A stretch of 59,555 nt of DNA, filler included, from Globobulimina sp. (taxonomy: Eukaryota): the NCBI GenBank assembly GCA_003354225.1. It is 10 parts of 10 records of this genome, joined end to end, with 100 filler letters (N's around TTAATTAATTAA, not from the genome) between each part and the next. Parts side by side here need not be neighbours in the genome. Positions count along the whole stretch, not along the records: positions 47,760 to 53,607 come from PIVH01000420.1; positions 53,708 to 59,555 come from PIVH01000421.1; 8 more parts are not named here. The stretch is one strand, 5' to 3'. Under the pieces are notes generated by a model that had not been told where the DNA came from, ran no database searches, and saw only the letters and a list, made by a program, of their open reading frames with translations. Shown one piece after another: positions 47,660 through 59,386 of the stretch. Numbering within the stretch: position 1 is the stretch's first letter; every line of letters starts with the position of its first letter. The translations under genes and the position numbers were made by a program.

Positions 47660-48381
47660 NNNNNNNNNNNNNNNNNNNNNNNNNNNNNNNNNNNNNNNNN
47701 NNNTTAATTAATTAANNNNNNNNNNNNNNNNNNNNNNNNNNNNNNNNNNNNNNNNNNNNGATCACGGACTTGAACTCAAGTCACCCGGATGAAAAAAAAA
47801 ATAGACATAGTATTCATACATAGTAGTCGTACACAGTACCGCCGTACAGAACCTGTTCAATTTTTTGCCTTAAAGCATTTTTTTTCTACAGGGTAATTAT
47901 TGTGAATACACAAACAATATGATCATATAACACACCGTATGTGGTTGGTTGATGATGTAGCTGTGAACAAGGACATGTAAAGTAAGCATTAAGATGAAAG
48001 TTTTCTTGAAAAAACACTGAAATTAAAACAATGGATCACTCATTAACTCGTTGTTTTTTTGCACGAGATCTCAAATTGTATGTGTTTTGTTGTGTGTCAT
48101 TGTTATTGTTTGGCGTATCATCAACAGTATCAAGTTGGTGATGTTTCTGTCTCCTACGCTTCGGTCTCCTACGCCTTTTATTCTGTGATATATTATTATT
48201 ATTACCCGATATTATTTGATCATCAGTATTGGAATTAATATATGTATTATTTGTATTGTTTACATTGGAATTATTTGTATCTGAATGAGAATTATTTGCG
48301 TTTGAATGATAATTACTGTTTTTTAAATCCGTAACAACTGTTTTTTTTATAGTAACAACTGTTTTTTAAATCCGTCTCACT

Positions 48382-50047
48382 ATGGGTCAACTGATACAAA
48401 TAGTACATAAACATGAAGAAGATATGATATCACGCGATGAATTGGTTGAGAAAATGTTGGAGCAGTATCCTCCAAATGTGCTCAAAATGTTTCGTGCTGC
48501 AAAAGATGCGTCATTGAAGACAGAACGTAAATTATTAAAATCTATGAGCTCAGAGTCTCGGATGAAACAATTTTTAAAAGATATAATTAAAACAGAAACG
48601 GAATTTAACAAAGTCTATGAACCATTAAAACAGCAACAAAAAGAAGAAAGAGCCAAAATCGAATCAAATATTTCCAAATATGAACGTAAAGAGAAATGTT
48701 TAAATCAAGACGTATCTTCATTGGGTGACTTAATATTTGCGCAGTCGATTTATATTCGTTCGTTACAAGATTTTATGGAAAGTGTCATCAATGAATGTCA
48801 TATTAAAGGAATTGTTATATACAATCACGGTGTCAATATGAAGAAAATCGAACGTAGTTTCTATAAATGTTTCTATGTTTATAATATGAAAACCGGTCAC
48901 AAACAAATAACGGATATATTAAGAGCGTCCATTGTTTTTCAATCATTCAGAGATTTATATGGTGCGTTCAATATCATTTCAAAACAAGCTGGCCAGAATA
49001 AAGAAGTTGGCCCCATTTTAAGGGTAAAAGACAGATTCAATCCTGAGACCGTGCCATTTGGTTATCGCGATTTATTGATAAATATTCATGTTCCGGGTTC
49101 GAAAATTGTCGGTGAGATTCAGTTACATCATAAAATGTTACGTACTGTATATCAGTATAAAATGTTACGTTATTTTGTTTAATCGATTTTTTTTTATCAG
49201 GTTTTATGATCGAAAACATGAATCGCATGCAATTTATAAGAAAGCGCGTTTATTTCAAGACCTTGATACCGGCACTAATGTTGCTTATGAAATGGCAGCA
49301 AAACGGTATAAGATGGAATTTAAAGATGAAAATGATGAAAAAATGAAAGGCGTCGACTCGATTGAAAAATTAGCGCAAACATTTGATGACGAAAAAGAAC
49401 TTTGCATATTAATTGACAAAGCATCGGATTGTGAACGCTATGATGATATGAGAACTTTGTGTAAAAGGTTGGCGGCAATAAAAAAAAAATTAAAGCAAGA
49501 TTTCGACGATGACCAAAGGGATTCATTATGGTTAGCATATAAAAAATGTACAGCACGATTACGTTCCGCATTAGAGGAAGATATTGGAAATGTATATTAT
49601 GAAAACATTTTATTGAATGAATTGGAAAACGTTTGCGACGAAGTTTTTACGATACTGACAGATTTAGCCAAGATTGTGAAAGATAAAAACGATGCTGACT
49701 CTGAATGTTTTTATTTGAAAATGGCAGGCGATTATTCAAGATATATGGTTGAGTTTCAACCTTCTCCGGATTTACCATATATGGGTGCTGCAAGGGAGTG
49801 TTATGAGAAAGCTATTGCTGTCTCAAAAAATGACGGCGTCCAAATATATTCGCGACTTTGCGCTGTTTTAAATTATACCGTATTTTTAGAAAAACACGCT
49901 AAAGAAACGGAATCTGCCATTAAAACCGCACAGAGAGCGATTGATTATGAGAAGTTTAAAAATAACAAACTTGGGGAAAACGAGCAAATAATTGTAGATT
50001 TATTAAAAGAGAATATTGAACTCTGGGAATCGAACAATGGTGATTAA
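48382..50047 (+). CDS. RelA/SpoT-like nucleotidyltransferase - 14-3-3 fusion protein (2 exons, intron 49137-49200, ~533 aa)
   Basis: Removing the GT..AG 64-nt intron joins the two ORFs in frame (HKM|FYD). RelA/SpoT-like motifs: MKKIERSFYK, ITDILRASIV, RVKDRF, GYRDLLINI, GEIQL, SHAIYK. 14-3-3 motifs: ERYDDM, LWLAYKK, FYLKMAGDYSRY, RLCAVLNYTVF, LLKENIELW. Confidence 0.88.
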
Positions 50048-50169
50048 TATAATTAATATCATACATATTAGAGACTATAATAATTAATATAATCAAGTTT
50101 TCCGTTGTACGTACGTTATAGATTATCCTTGCACACATTATCTGAATTAATAAATATAATTTTACCCAC

Positions 50170-50355
50170 TTCAGTCTTGCTGTGAACAACAATGGTATCA
50201 CGTATCAATGCAGGTGCAAACGGAGAGAGAAATGGTAGTCGTGTCCATAACACATTATTTAGACCAGAAACATCTGCGAACTTTACCCTAAATGTGGGCG
50301 ATGAGCAAGATTCTATATTAATCAGCACATTTTTCAGTCTTGCTGTGAACAACAA
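50170..50355 (+). repeat. ~143-bp copy of 52048-52190 flanked by 23-bp direct repeats
   Basis: TTCAGTCTTGCTGTGAACAACAA at 50170-50192 and 50333-50355. The insert differs from the source at about 6 positions. Confidence 0.9.
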
Positions 50356-50414
50356 AGAATATGATCCCCTGCCTAATTAATAATTAAATTATAATTAAAA
50401 AAAAAACAATATAT

Positions 50415-51939
50415 TCACCATCCGTCTCCAACAGTAAGCTGTTGTATCATAGCCAAACCATTTTGCGGTTGATCCATCGGCACCTTTTTCACAAAGCAAA
50501 TAACAATCAATGCAGTAAATGCACAGAAATACAAATTAAAAATCTATTATTGAAGAAATATAAGACAAATGAATACCATATGCCCAGCTCCTAATACTTG
50601 CAGAAACGTCAAATTCGCATAACTTTGATAATACCCAGCCACATTATTAGCCACTATCCAGCTATGATTCCCTGCACCATTCCATTCTTTTTTATACCGC
50701 CAATCCAATGCTTGCATCCAATCATAACCGCCATACCAATTTACAATGTAATCCCAGACACCAAAGTACACCAACACTTGCATTCCACCATCCAACAGCA
50801 CCGGTATATCCTGCGCGAAATCCTTCATCCAATCCCCAGCAAAGACCAAATCCATTTCAACCATACGATTGCAAGCAACCCATTTATTAACCTCAGCGCC
50901 TAAGCCTTTAATCGTTGACTGCAAATTAAAGAACTTGTCCTCATTTGAAAAATCATAACAGAGCGGCGGCACTGCACATTGTACCCGGACATCATAGGGG
51001 TTTATTCCAGTGGCCGTCACCGGGATTAATTCGCAAATATTGCAGGTATCATACGCATTTTCGCAGGCCACGTATGCTTCTGTTCCATTCAAGTCATTAC
51101 AAAGTTTGATTTCCTCCTCACACAAAGGGAGACATGCTAGCATAGTGTCGTAGGCTGCGTTGGATACTAAATTATGGTCCTTTGCATAGGGCGGATATCC
51201 CGGATATTGATTGTATGGATCAACGAGGCCATCGCCAATAGCTACACCCTTCAAATTAATGTAAATATCGCCAGGTTGTAAGTGCTGATTTCCTTCGAAT
51301 ACTCTCCGAGAAAAATGCGGAATATAATGTCCGGCGTACGACTCTCCAGTAACATAAAAATCGAGTTTGGAATATTTTGTGTTGTTTTTTAAGAAAAGTT
51401 GCATGAATTCATACAAATCCTGAGCTACCTGGTCCTCATTATACACTGTGTCGTCGGGCTTGAATTTGTCGTCGTAGCTGTAACCCGTTGCAGATGGCTG
51501 GTCGATCCATATTACGTTTGCTTGCGCATTCCATGAATACTATGGGTGATGGGTTTGTATTGTTATGTGATATAGGAATAATTTATGTGTTTAACTGGAT
51601 TCATTGTGAGAGACATATTTTTTTGGACATGATATGGCCCATTTTCTACCATCAAAGCCAGCATGGAGCTGCATCCCGGACCTCCTGTTAACCAAATTAA
51701 TAATGGGTCAGTTGATGGATTATTCCGAGATTCAAAAAACCAGCTAGTTGTTATACGGTTCAGTTGTACTATTTTTTTTAGACATAAAAATAATTATAAC
51801 GCAACTAAAATAAATGAATTTCTTTTTTGTGGACTGGATGATAACCAGAGAAATTAATAACTGTTGATGGGCCAAATCCACTCAATGTAATCCCATATAT
51901 CGTACTTAGAAACAGTAAGATGTGATGTAACGAAGCCAT
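50415..51939 (-). CDS. serine carboxypeptidase (peptidase S10), multi-exon, secreted
   Basis: Signal peptide, [61 protein letters not shown]. Confidence 0.95.
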
Positions 51940-52008
51940 GAACGAGATATATCTAGTTTTAATTTGGTTTAGTACGAGAAAAAAACATTTGAATAAAATC
52001 TTCAAACC

Positions 52009-52908
52009 ATGGTGCGACTACAATCACTTTTATTGGTGGTATATTGCATGGTATCATGTATCAATGCAGGTGCAAACAGAGAGAGAAATGGTAGTCGTGT
52101 CCATAATACATTATTTAGACCAGAAACATCTGCGAACTTTACCCTAAATGTTGGCGACGAGCAAGATTCTATATTAATCAGTACATTTTTTGATTTATTT
52201 TGGTATATCATTGGTTTACTAGTTTTCTGCATTTGTTGCATTTCGTGTCTATTATTATTTTATCTTCAACAAACAAAAAAACATGATTCTAACATCAAAT
52301 CCCAAACCTCCATATCACAGTCATTACAATATTGTGAATCAAGATCTCCTCAAACTAACATTTCAACAGCAACAACAGCATCACGTCAAATGTCAAATAA
52401 ATCAGCATTATCTACAACAAAATCTCTGACAGTAACGTCAAAAACCTCTAAACCTTCAGCGAATACTGTTAATAAACACACTCCATTTTCATTATCCGCA
52501 GTATCTGCGTTTAGTGCTGTTGACTCTGAGGGCGTTGATATGCGCATAGATAATATTAATATTTCTGCAAATATGATTAATATATTTGAGACTTTAGGAC
52601 CCGTTGCTGATGAATTTGAATCATCGCAGTCATCGAAAACGTTCAATGAACCACCTCAACCCAAACCGTATGATGTTATGAGTAATACAGATTGCATTAT
52701 ACAGTCTGAAACACTCGATGATGATACTGATGTGGAGCTAGATTATAATGATAGTAATTACTGTCGCGATCGTCATCACACACAAACGTCAGAAAGTTCT
52801 ATTGACTCCAATGGTGGTTCCATCATTGCAATGATGAAAAAACGGTCAAATATGGCATATAATAAAGCCATTACATTTATTCCAACACAATCATCAGATT
52901 GTAATTAA
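52009..52908 (+). CDS. hypothetical single-pass membrane protein with Ser/Thr-rich tail
   Basis: Signal-like N-terminus and a Cys-rich TM helix (WYIIGLLVFCICCISCLLLFY). Confidence 0.6.
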   Translation: MVRLQSLLLVVYCMVSCINAGANRERNGSRVHNTLFRPETSANFTLNVGDEQDSILISTFFDLFWYIIGLLVFCICCISCLLLFYLQQTKKHDSNIKSQTSISQSLQYCESRSPQTNISTATTASRQMSNKSALSTTKSLTVTSKTSKPSANTVNKHTPFSLSAVSAFSAVDSEGVDMRIDNINISANMINIFETLGPVADEFESSQSSKTFNEPPQPKPYDVMSNTDCIIQSETLDDDTDVELDYNDSNYCRDRHHTQTSESSIDSNGGSIIAMMKKRSNMAYNKAITFIPTQSSDCN

Positions 52909-53184
52909 TATTTTATTTACTTTATTTTTTTATTTTTTTAACGTTTCTTTCAATTTGTACGTTAGGTTTGTATTCAGATGCTTGTATTTTTTCTATTGGC
53001 ATTTTTTGTTTTAAAATGGGTAATCCTGGATTTCATTGAAACGCAGTGGAAATATTGGACGTCAGAGCGAAGCATCAATAACATCGCAAAGCCGTGAACA
53101 CTTTCACGTCACTTTGCTGTCAAATATTTGTCTACTAATTTATAACAAAAAATCCTTTTTTAAGTAACTCAAGTCTTTTTGATC

Positions 53185-53607
53185 ATGACAGATGATTCTT
53201 GTTCGCCAAACAGTACATCATTTGACAAGTCGAATCCGTTTTCGTTGAATGGTAGCAGGCCGAGTGAGCACATATTGATTCACGAAGCAAAGACAGAATC
53301 GTCACCTTCCTTTAACGCACCAAATAAAACCAAAAAGCGTGGTCATCACAGGAAAACTTCGTCATTTTCGAAATCTTATCAAGACTTAGAATCGTTACAG
53401 TTCACTAATTTACAGAACCAATGTAAAAAAGGATCAAATTTCACTGCTTCAATCATTCGTTTATTAGGTAAGCTATACACAATACAGTGCAATATACCAT
53501 ATATCCGACAAAACAAAACAAAAAACAGCAAAATTATGCGACGGATATGATAAGTTTGGCAAAAATTTAAGCCACACAGTGGAACAAGAAACTAATTTCA
53601 TCCATAA
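53185..53607 (+). CDS. hypothetical protein, 5' fragment
   Basis: ORF with GTAAG donor at about 53469 and AG acceptor at about 53529. Runs off the contig. Confidence 0.45.
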
Positions 53608-53966
53608 NNNNNNNNNNNNNNNNNNNNNNNNNNNNNNNNNNNNNNNNNNNNTTAATTAATTAANNNNNNNNNNNNNNNNNNNNNNNNNNNNNNNNNNNNN
53701 NNNNNNNGCACACACATTCAAGACGAAATAAGTATAACACGCACCAACTAATTAGAACGCGCACATTGTTCAAAATAAATACAAAACAAGTAAGTTTTTG
53801 CAAGTGAAAAAAAAATATGTAATAAAGATTTCACCTAATACACAAGCAAGAAACACTAATAAATAGTATAAACAAAACAAGGATACAGGCCCTTTTATTT
53901 GGGGATGAAGCCAATGAACAAAGGTAAATAAAAATATTTGAAACTAATACAAAGTATATAGTTTCC

Positions 53967-56900
53967 TTAATCCGAAATGATCGGAGATAAATTCATTAGG
54001 TCCACTTGGTATAGGTAGTTGAATCTTTTTGTTTCTTTTACGTATTGAAGAAGATTTTTCCAGATTCTGACTTGAGTCATAATATCTAGCTCTTTTTCAA
54101 TGTCCGGTGGCTCTCGGATTGTATAAGGATAAAATACGTCATCCAGATGGAATCTATTATTATTCCGGAATCCTTTCCATATAATATGGAAGGAATCAAT
54201 CATTCGTTTTCGTTGGTTTATGTACAATGGACATTTCAGGAAATAATGATGAATTGTTTCTTTTACGTTTAAATTACAATTATGGCAATTATGTGATTCA
54301 ATTATTGATTTATCAGTATCTTTAAATTTATGTTTATACAAAAAAGAATTCAATTCTATATGTCCCGATACAATCCGATTGAGCATAGCTGCCTCATCTT
54401 TATTCAAGTATCGTATTATTTTGTTTAGTTTATTATGTAATGTTGGATTAAATTGGTACATTTTATAGCTATCTTGGGTTGGTTTCGTATTTCTATCAAG
54501 CCATGATTTGCTCCAATGATATCTAATTTGTTTATGTAGCTGGGTAATAGTTGTATTATATGATATTTCATTGTACAGAATTGGATTATAGTTCGTATGT
54601 TTTGCTGCGAAATTAGCCAATCTATCAACTTCATCATTAAATATGTTGTTGTTATGAGATTTTATTTTAATAAATGAAATGAATATATTTGGTTTGATAT
54701 GTTGGATTTGGAGTAGTTTAACGAAGATATTTTCGATTAATAATTTTGTTTCATTATATTTCGGGTAATTTTGGCCATTAATGAATTGGAGAAGTGGTAG
54801 GTTATCGATGTATATTTTATAGTGCATTTGTGAATTTTGTGGGTGATTTATTATATAATTAATTATCATATGGACAGCTTCTATCTCTGCTGTGGTGATT
54901 GTAACTGGTATCTGGAAGTAATATACTTTTTTATATGGTAATGTGTGTGATGGTTGTGGTGGTATATAGATTGCAGCACCTCCTCTTCCTGGGTTTGGGT
55001 CACATGATCCATCGGTAAATGATATTGTTATTGTTTCACTGGAAGGTGTTGTAGGATTTGCTGGGTTTAATATGACTTCAAAATTTGTGGGAAGATTTTT
55101 TAAATTGTATGTAGGGGAGGAAGTTATTTGAATTTTTGACATTTTATTGAAATTCAGTGTTAAAGCCTTTATTTCATTGTTATTCTGGCAGTATTTGGTG
55201 GCAATTATTAGTGGATTTTTATTAAGATTTACAAATTTATTTGGTTTGTTTTTATTTTTCCTACGATATTGATGTGTTTGTATTGTTTCTTTATATCTTG
55301 TTAGGTCTCTATAGGTTTTATTTAATGGATGATATGAATCATTGTAATAAACTCTGGCAAGCTGCCTCATAGTGAGGTAATGTGCTCTATTATGGATGGG
55401 TTCAATTTTTAGGAGAAATTGGAGGATATCAATTGGTGAGTCTAATCTGCAGGGAATTGCTAGGCGGAGGAATTTATTTTGTAGTGTATTTAGTAAATTA
55501 TTAGAATCATATGGATAATAATGGGTTAATCCATATTCTATTCGGGATCGCGCTAAAGATTTATAAAGGATTGCAATCGATAAAGGAGATAATTTAACAC
55601 CGGATTTTATTGTAAAATATAAACGCCAATAACTTCGCATGGTTTTGGCTCGGATTTTTGCAAAATGGGCATGGAAATTTAAACGTTCATCGAACCACAG
55701 TCCAAGATATCTCGCTGTTTGTTCATATTGGATTGGAATAGAATGGATTGTATATTTACTTATTAATGTAGTTTTATTTGTGTTGGGATCAGTTTTATTT
55801 GTGGATTTAGGATAGTATTTGATAGGATTACTGTGAGTAAAATTCATTGAGAGGCATTTTGTTGGATTTATCATAAGCTGCCATTTATTACACCAATCGC
55901 CAAAGTTATTCAATTCTTTTTGGAGGAATTTGTAACGGATTGGATCTTTTGATCCTGGACTGGTCCAAAATGCTGTATCGTCAGCAAAACAAGCAAAGTG
56001 GACAAAATTTGGATATTTTATTTCAAAATCATTGGTGAATAATATATATAGGATTGGTGATAAGGCAGATCCTTGTGGTACACCAATAGGTTGCGCCACC
56101 CAATTTGACTCTGCTTTTTTTGCAATAACTTTGGTGAATCTGGTTTGGATGAAAGAAGCCAGCACATTCAATATGTTTCCTTTTATTTTATTTTTTATTA
56201 ATTTATATAGTAAGCCGTTATGCCAAACGCTATCGTAAGCTTTTGAAAAGTCCGTAAATACAACGTCAGTATCACTGACCATATCAAACGAAGTTTGAAT
56301 GTCAGTGATAAATGTTGTTAGTACATCATCGCAGCAACGGTTTATTTGGAAACCACATTGATAATTATTGAATATTTTATTTGCGACACAGAAATGTTGA
56401 AGTCTGTTTGCTAAGATTTTCTCAAAAACTCTACCTAGACAGGAAGAGATCGCAATGGGTCGGTAGTTTTTAGGATTACTATGATCCTTATTTGGTTTTG
56501 GTATTGGTAATAGATGAGAGAAGTTCCAGTAACCTGGAAACACGCCATCGGTCATACATTTATTGAACAACGGGAGGAGACAATCAATGAGAGCTTCTCC
56601 ACCATGTTTAATCATTTGATTATGAATTCTGTCTGGTCCATATGCTTTATGTGTGTCCAGATTTCTTATTACGGAGCGAATTTCATATGACAATATAGGA
56701 TCATTTAGTAATTGGTAATCATTATTTAGCAATGGAATGTTTGTATTTATTTGCGATGGATTTATTATATTTGATTGTTTATTTTGTGTTAATTTATCAG
56801 ATAGGATGTGTCTATTATCATTCTCATTTATTTTTGGATTTTCCCGATTATTTTTGAGGAATTTGGGGACATAATTATTAATATATTTATGCCAATCATT

Positions 56901-58283
56901 ATGTTTTTGACTGGATTTTGGTTTTGGAGGTCTTGTCATGGCCTCTTGGAGTGCTTTAGCTTGTTGCTTTGGGTCAACTATATTGGATTTATTTTTATAA
57001 TTTAATGGGGGGATATTATTCGTGTTAATATCATTTGATTTATTATTAGTTATGGTACGCCAGAAACGTCTACCATAGTCTTTACATGTTTGAATATATT
57101 TATTTATTTTATTATTATAGGCTGATTTAGCAGTTTGTATCGCATTATATTTCTTGGATTGGAGGATATTCAGATCCTTTTTTATTTGTTTATATTTAGG
57201 AAAAATGTGAAAATCTGTGAAATGGCGCTTTGCTTTCTTCTTCATGCGCTGTATTCTGCGACGAAGGCGTTTGCATTTCCTTTTTAATTTTTTTATTTTA
57301 TTATTCCACCATGGTTTATGGCCACGGTAGTAATGTTTATATCCTATGGATTGTTCTGCTGTGTATAGAATGAGATATGTAAGTTGTTCAGTATATATAT
57401 TTGGATTTTGATCAAAATTTGTGTCTTTTATGTGTGTTTCAAGCGTTTCTGTATATTTGCTCCATTTTCTGTTGTCCGATAGGTTCCACGTTTTCTTTGT
57501 CTCACTAAAACCATAAACATTTTCAACGTCAAAGGTCGTTTCAATAGGAACGTGGTCAGAGCAGTTTGGATCATAAAGTGAATGGAGAATACACCATTTT
57601 GTGTGTTTCAAATCATTGGAAATTAGTGTTAGATCAATGGCGGATTTGGTTTGATAGGATTTATGGATATGTGTATAGGATGGATTAATTGTATTCAATA
57701 TTTGCATTTCAAGGAAGTTTAAACCATCAACAAAATTATTGGATTCAGTGGTCGATCGATTACTGCCCCATATAACATTTGGCACATTAAAATCTCCAGC
57801 GATCACATTTTTATTCACAGTCAGTGGATAGTCAAAAAGTTGATCGATATTGGGATTTCTGGGGCAGTTATATAAGGAATGGATTCCAATATTCTGGTCG
57901 CCACTATGGAGGATTATACTTGTTATGTGACAATTTTTTGTACGCTGAGTATGGTCATAGTTTGGTGGTGAATTTAATGGTGTGATTAACAGTGTTTCTC
58001 TATATAAGATAGCTGTTTCCGTGCCTGTATAATGGACTTTGTATTTTGGAAAGAATTTGATTGGGAATTCAATTATATGGACTTGGTTATTTTTATCTGT
58101 GTAATGTGGATTTTTAGGAGTCATAGCAAACCGCAATGTGGCACTCCATTCTTGCAATAGGAGGAAATCTATTTGTTTCGATATCATTATTTGATAAATT
58201 TTCTTGCATTTATCTTCTTGTGTCATTTTTGTGGGGCTTATTAGGCCACTCACATTGTATTGTAATATGTTATACTTAACCAT
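53967..58283 (-). mobile_element. non-LTR retrotransposon ORF2: APE endonuclease - reverse transcriptase - RNase H - Cys/His knuckle (RNase H-bearing, I-group-like)
   Basis: ILQYNVSG, LLLQE, AGDFN, SAIDLTL, SDH. KAYGPDRI, NYRPIAISS, QCGFQ, DFSKAYDSV, GVPQGSALSP, FADD, YLGLWFD. FTDGS, AEIEA, YIDN, KSH..NDEVDRLA. CHNC..ETIHHYFLKC. Uninterrupted 1438 aa. Confidence 0.97.
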
Positions 58284-59274
58284 TGTTTATGTGATATTTG
58301 ATACATTTTTGGTAAAATTTTTTAGTTTGATTAAAATCCAATCCGTTTTTATGTTTCGACATAAAAACAGATAGTAAAATAGTTGTTAACATTGTAGGTT
58401 TGGTGGTGTTGAAAAACACCTGGTAATTAATTATTTTTTCATTTTTGTTCATTAGTTTTACTATCGACTGACAAGGAATGGCCTCAGTTTGCAAAAAGCA
58501 AAACATGAATCCCATTTTTATCAAAACTATCGATAGTTTAATATTACTCAAAATGTATGAATAAATTAATATGTATATATTAAAAATAAAATTAACAGAA
58601 TAACTATGGATTTGGAAATGATAGGATGTATTTGTTGTTGTTTTACGCAATGCGATTCTGCGTAATGTCATTTTGCTCAATGCGTTTGGATCAATTATTG
58701 TTACGTTGTTTAGACATAATGCTTTTGTGCGCAATGTCATTTTGTTCAATGTAATGGGAGTTGGTGCTGTATTTGAATGGGGTGATGTCGATGTAGTACG
58801 TGTATGTGATGGATTTGTTGTGAGTTTGATGATATTTGATACTGCGAAATTGCGGATATTTGGAACTGCGAAATTGCGTAGTTTTTGTATGATTTCGTTA
58901 AGTGTAGATTTGATGTATTTTGTGTTCAATATTTGGGTCTGGCTTGGTTCAATATTTGGGTGTGATGGATTTGGATGACTCTGTGTTTTATGTGCTACAT
59001 AAAATAGTGCATTGGTTAGGGAATTATTTTGTGATGGTGACACATATAATTTATCACCACGCGATTCTTTGTTTAATAAATTGATTAATACGACAACTAA
59101 GAATAGCAACAATGAAAAGTTGAGCGATCTCAACAAGTTTGCTTGGCAAGGTGCCATTGTCATAGTAATTGATTTCTTAGTATTTTGAAGAAGTGTTGCA
59201 GTGTAATAATACACGTTTTTTACTTGAGTGTTAGTATGGCACAGCAAATAGAAACTGCAGCAACAGGTGAACAA
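58276..59274 (-). CDS. upstream ORF of the retrotransposon (possible atypical ORF1 or long 5' leader)
   Basis: Its stop overlaps the ORF2 ATG by 8 nt (ATGGTTAA). No zinc knuckle or RRM is recognisable, and it contains short internal repeats. Confidence 0.3.
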   Translation of the reverse strand: MFTCCCSFYLLCHTNTQVKNVYYYTATLLQNTKKSITMTMAPCQANLLRSLNFSLLLFLVVVLINLLNKESRGDKLYVSPSQNNSLTNALFYVAHKTQSHPNPSHPNIEPSQTQILNTKYIKSTLNEIIQKLRNFAVPNIRNFAVSNIIKLTTNPSHTRTTSTSPHSNTAPTPITLNKMTLRTKALCLNNVTIIDPNALSKMTLRRIALRKTTTNTSYHFQIHSYSVNFIFNIYILIYSYILSNIKLSIVLIKMGFMFCFLQTEAIPCQSIVKLMNKNEKIINYQVFFNTTKPTMLTTILLSVFMSKHKNGLDFNQTKKFYQKCIKYHINNG

Positions 59275-59380
59275 GCTATGGACATTAACACGTGGTTAGG
59301 TCAAAATAGATTGGGCAAATATAAAGATAAATTCGAGGAAGATGTTGTTCAATTCCAAGATATATTGGAAGGAATGCATT
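59236..59380 (+). CDS. 5' part of a SAM-domain protein
   Basis: MAQQ...DINTWLGQNRLGKYKDKFEEDVVQFQDILE is a SAM N-terminal half. It runs into a repeat element. Confidence 0.55.
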
Positions 59381-59386
59381 TAAGTC

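Noticed and set aside
47760-47795. B-box-like GAGTTCAAGTCC on the minus strand at a contig start
   Set aside because: No convincing A-box or cloverleaf, and too short to call.
48320-48375. Short duplications (GTAACAACTGTTTTTT twice, TTTTTTAAATCCGT twice) just upstream of the RelA-14-3-3 ATG
   Set aside because: Compatible with simple slippage in AT-rich DNA. No evidence for a regulatory role.
42365-50047. ART-Hsp70 gene and RelA-14-3-3 gene as one defence island
   Set aside because: They are on different contigs separated by the spacer at 47660-47759, so there is no linkage evidence.
5888-53707. Regularly spaced TTAATTAATTAA palindromes in N-runs about every 5.96 kb
   Set aside because: These are artificial concatenation spacers between size-sorted contigs, not a biological periodic repeat or CRISPR-like array.
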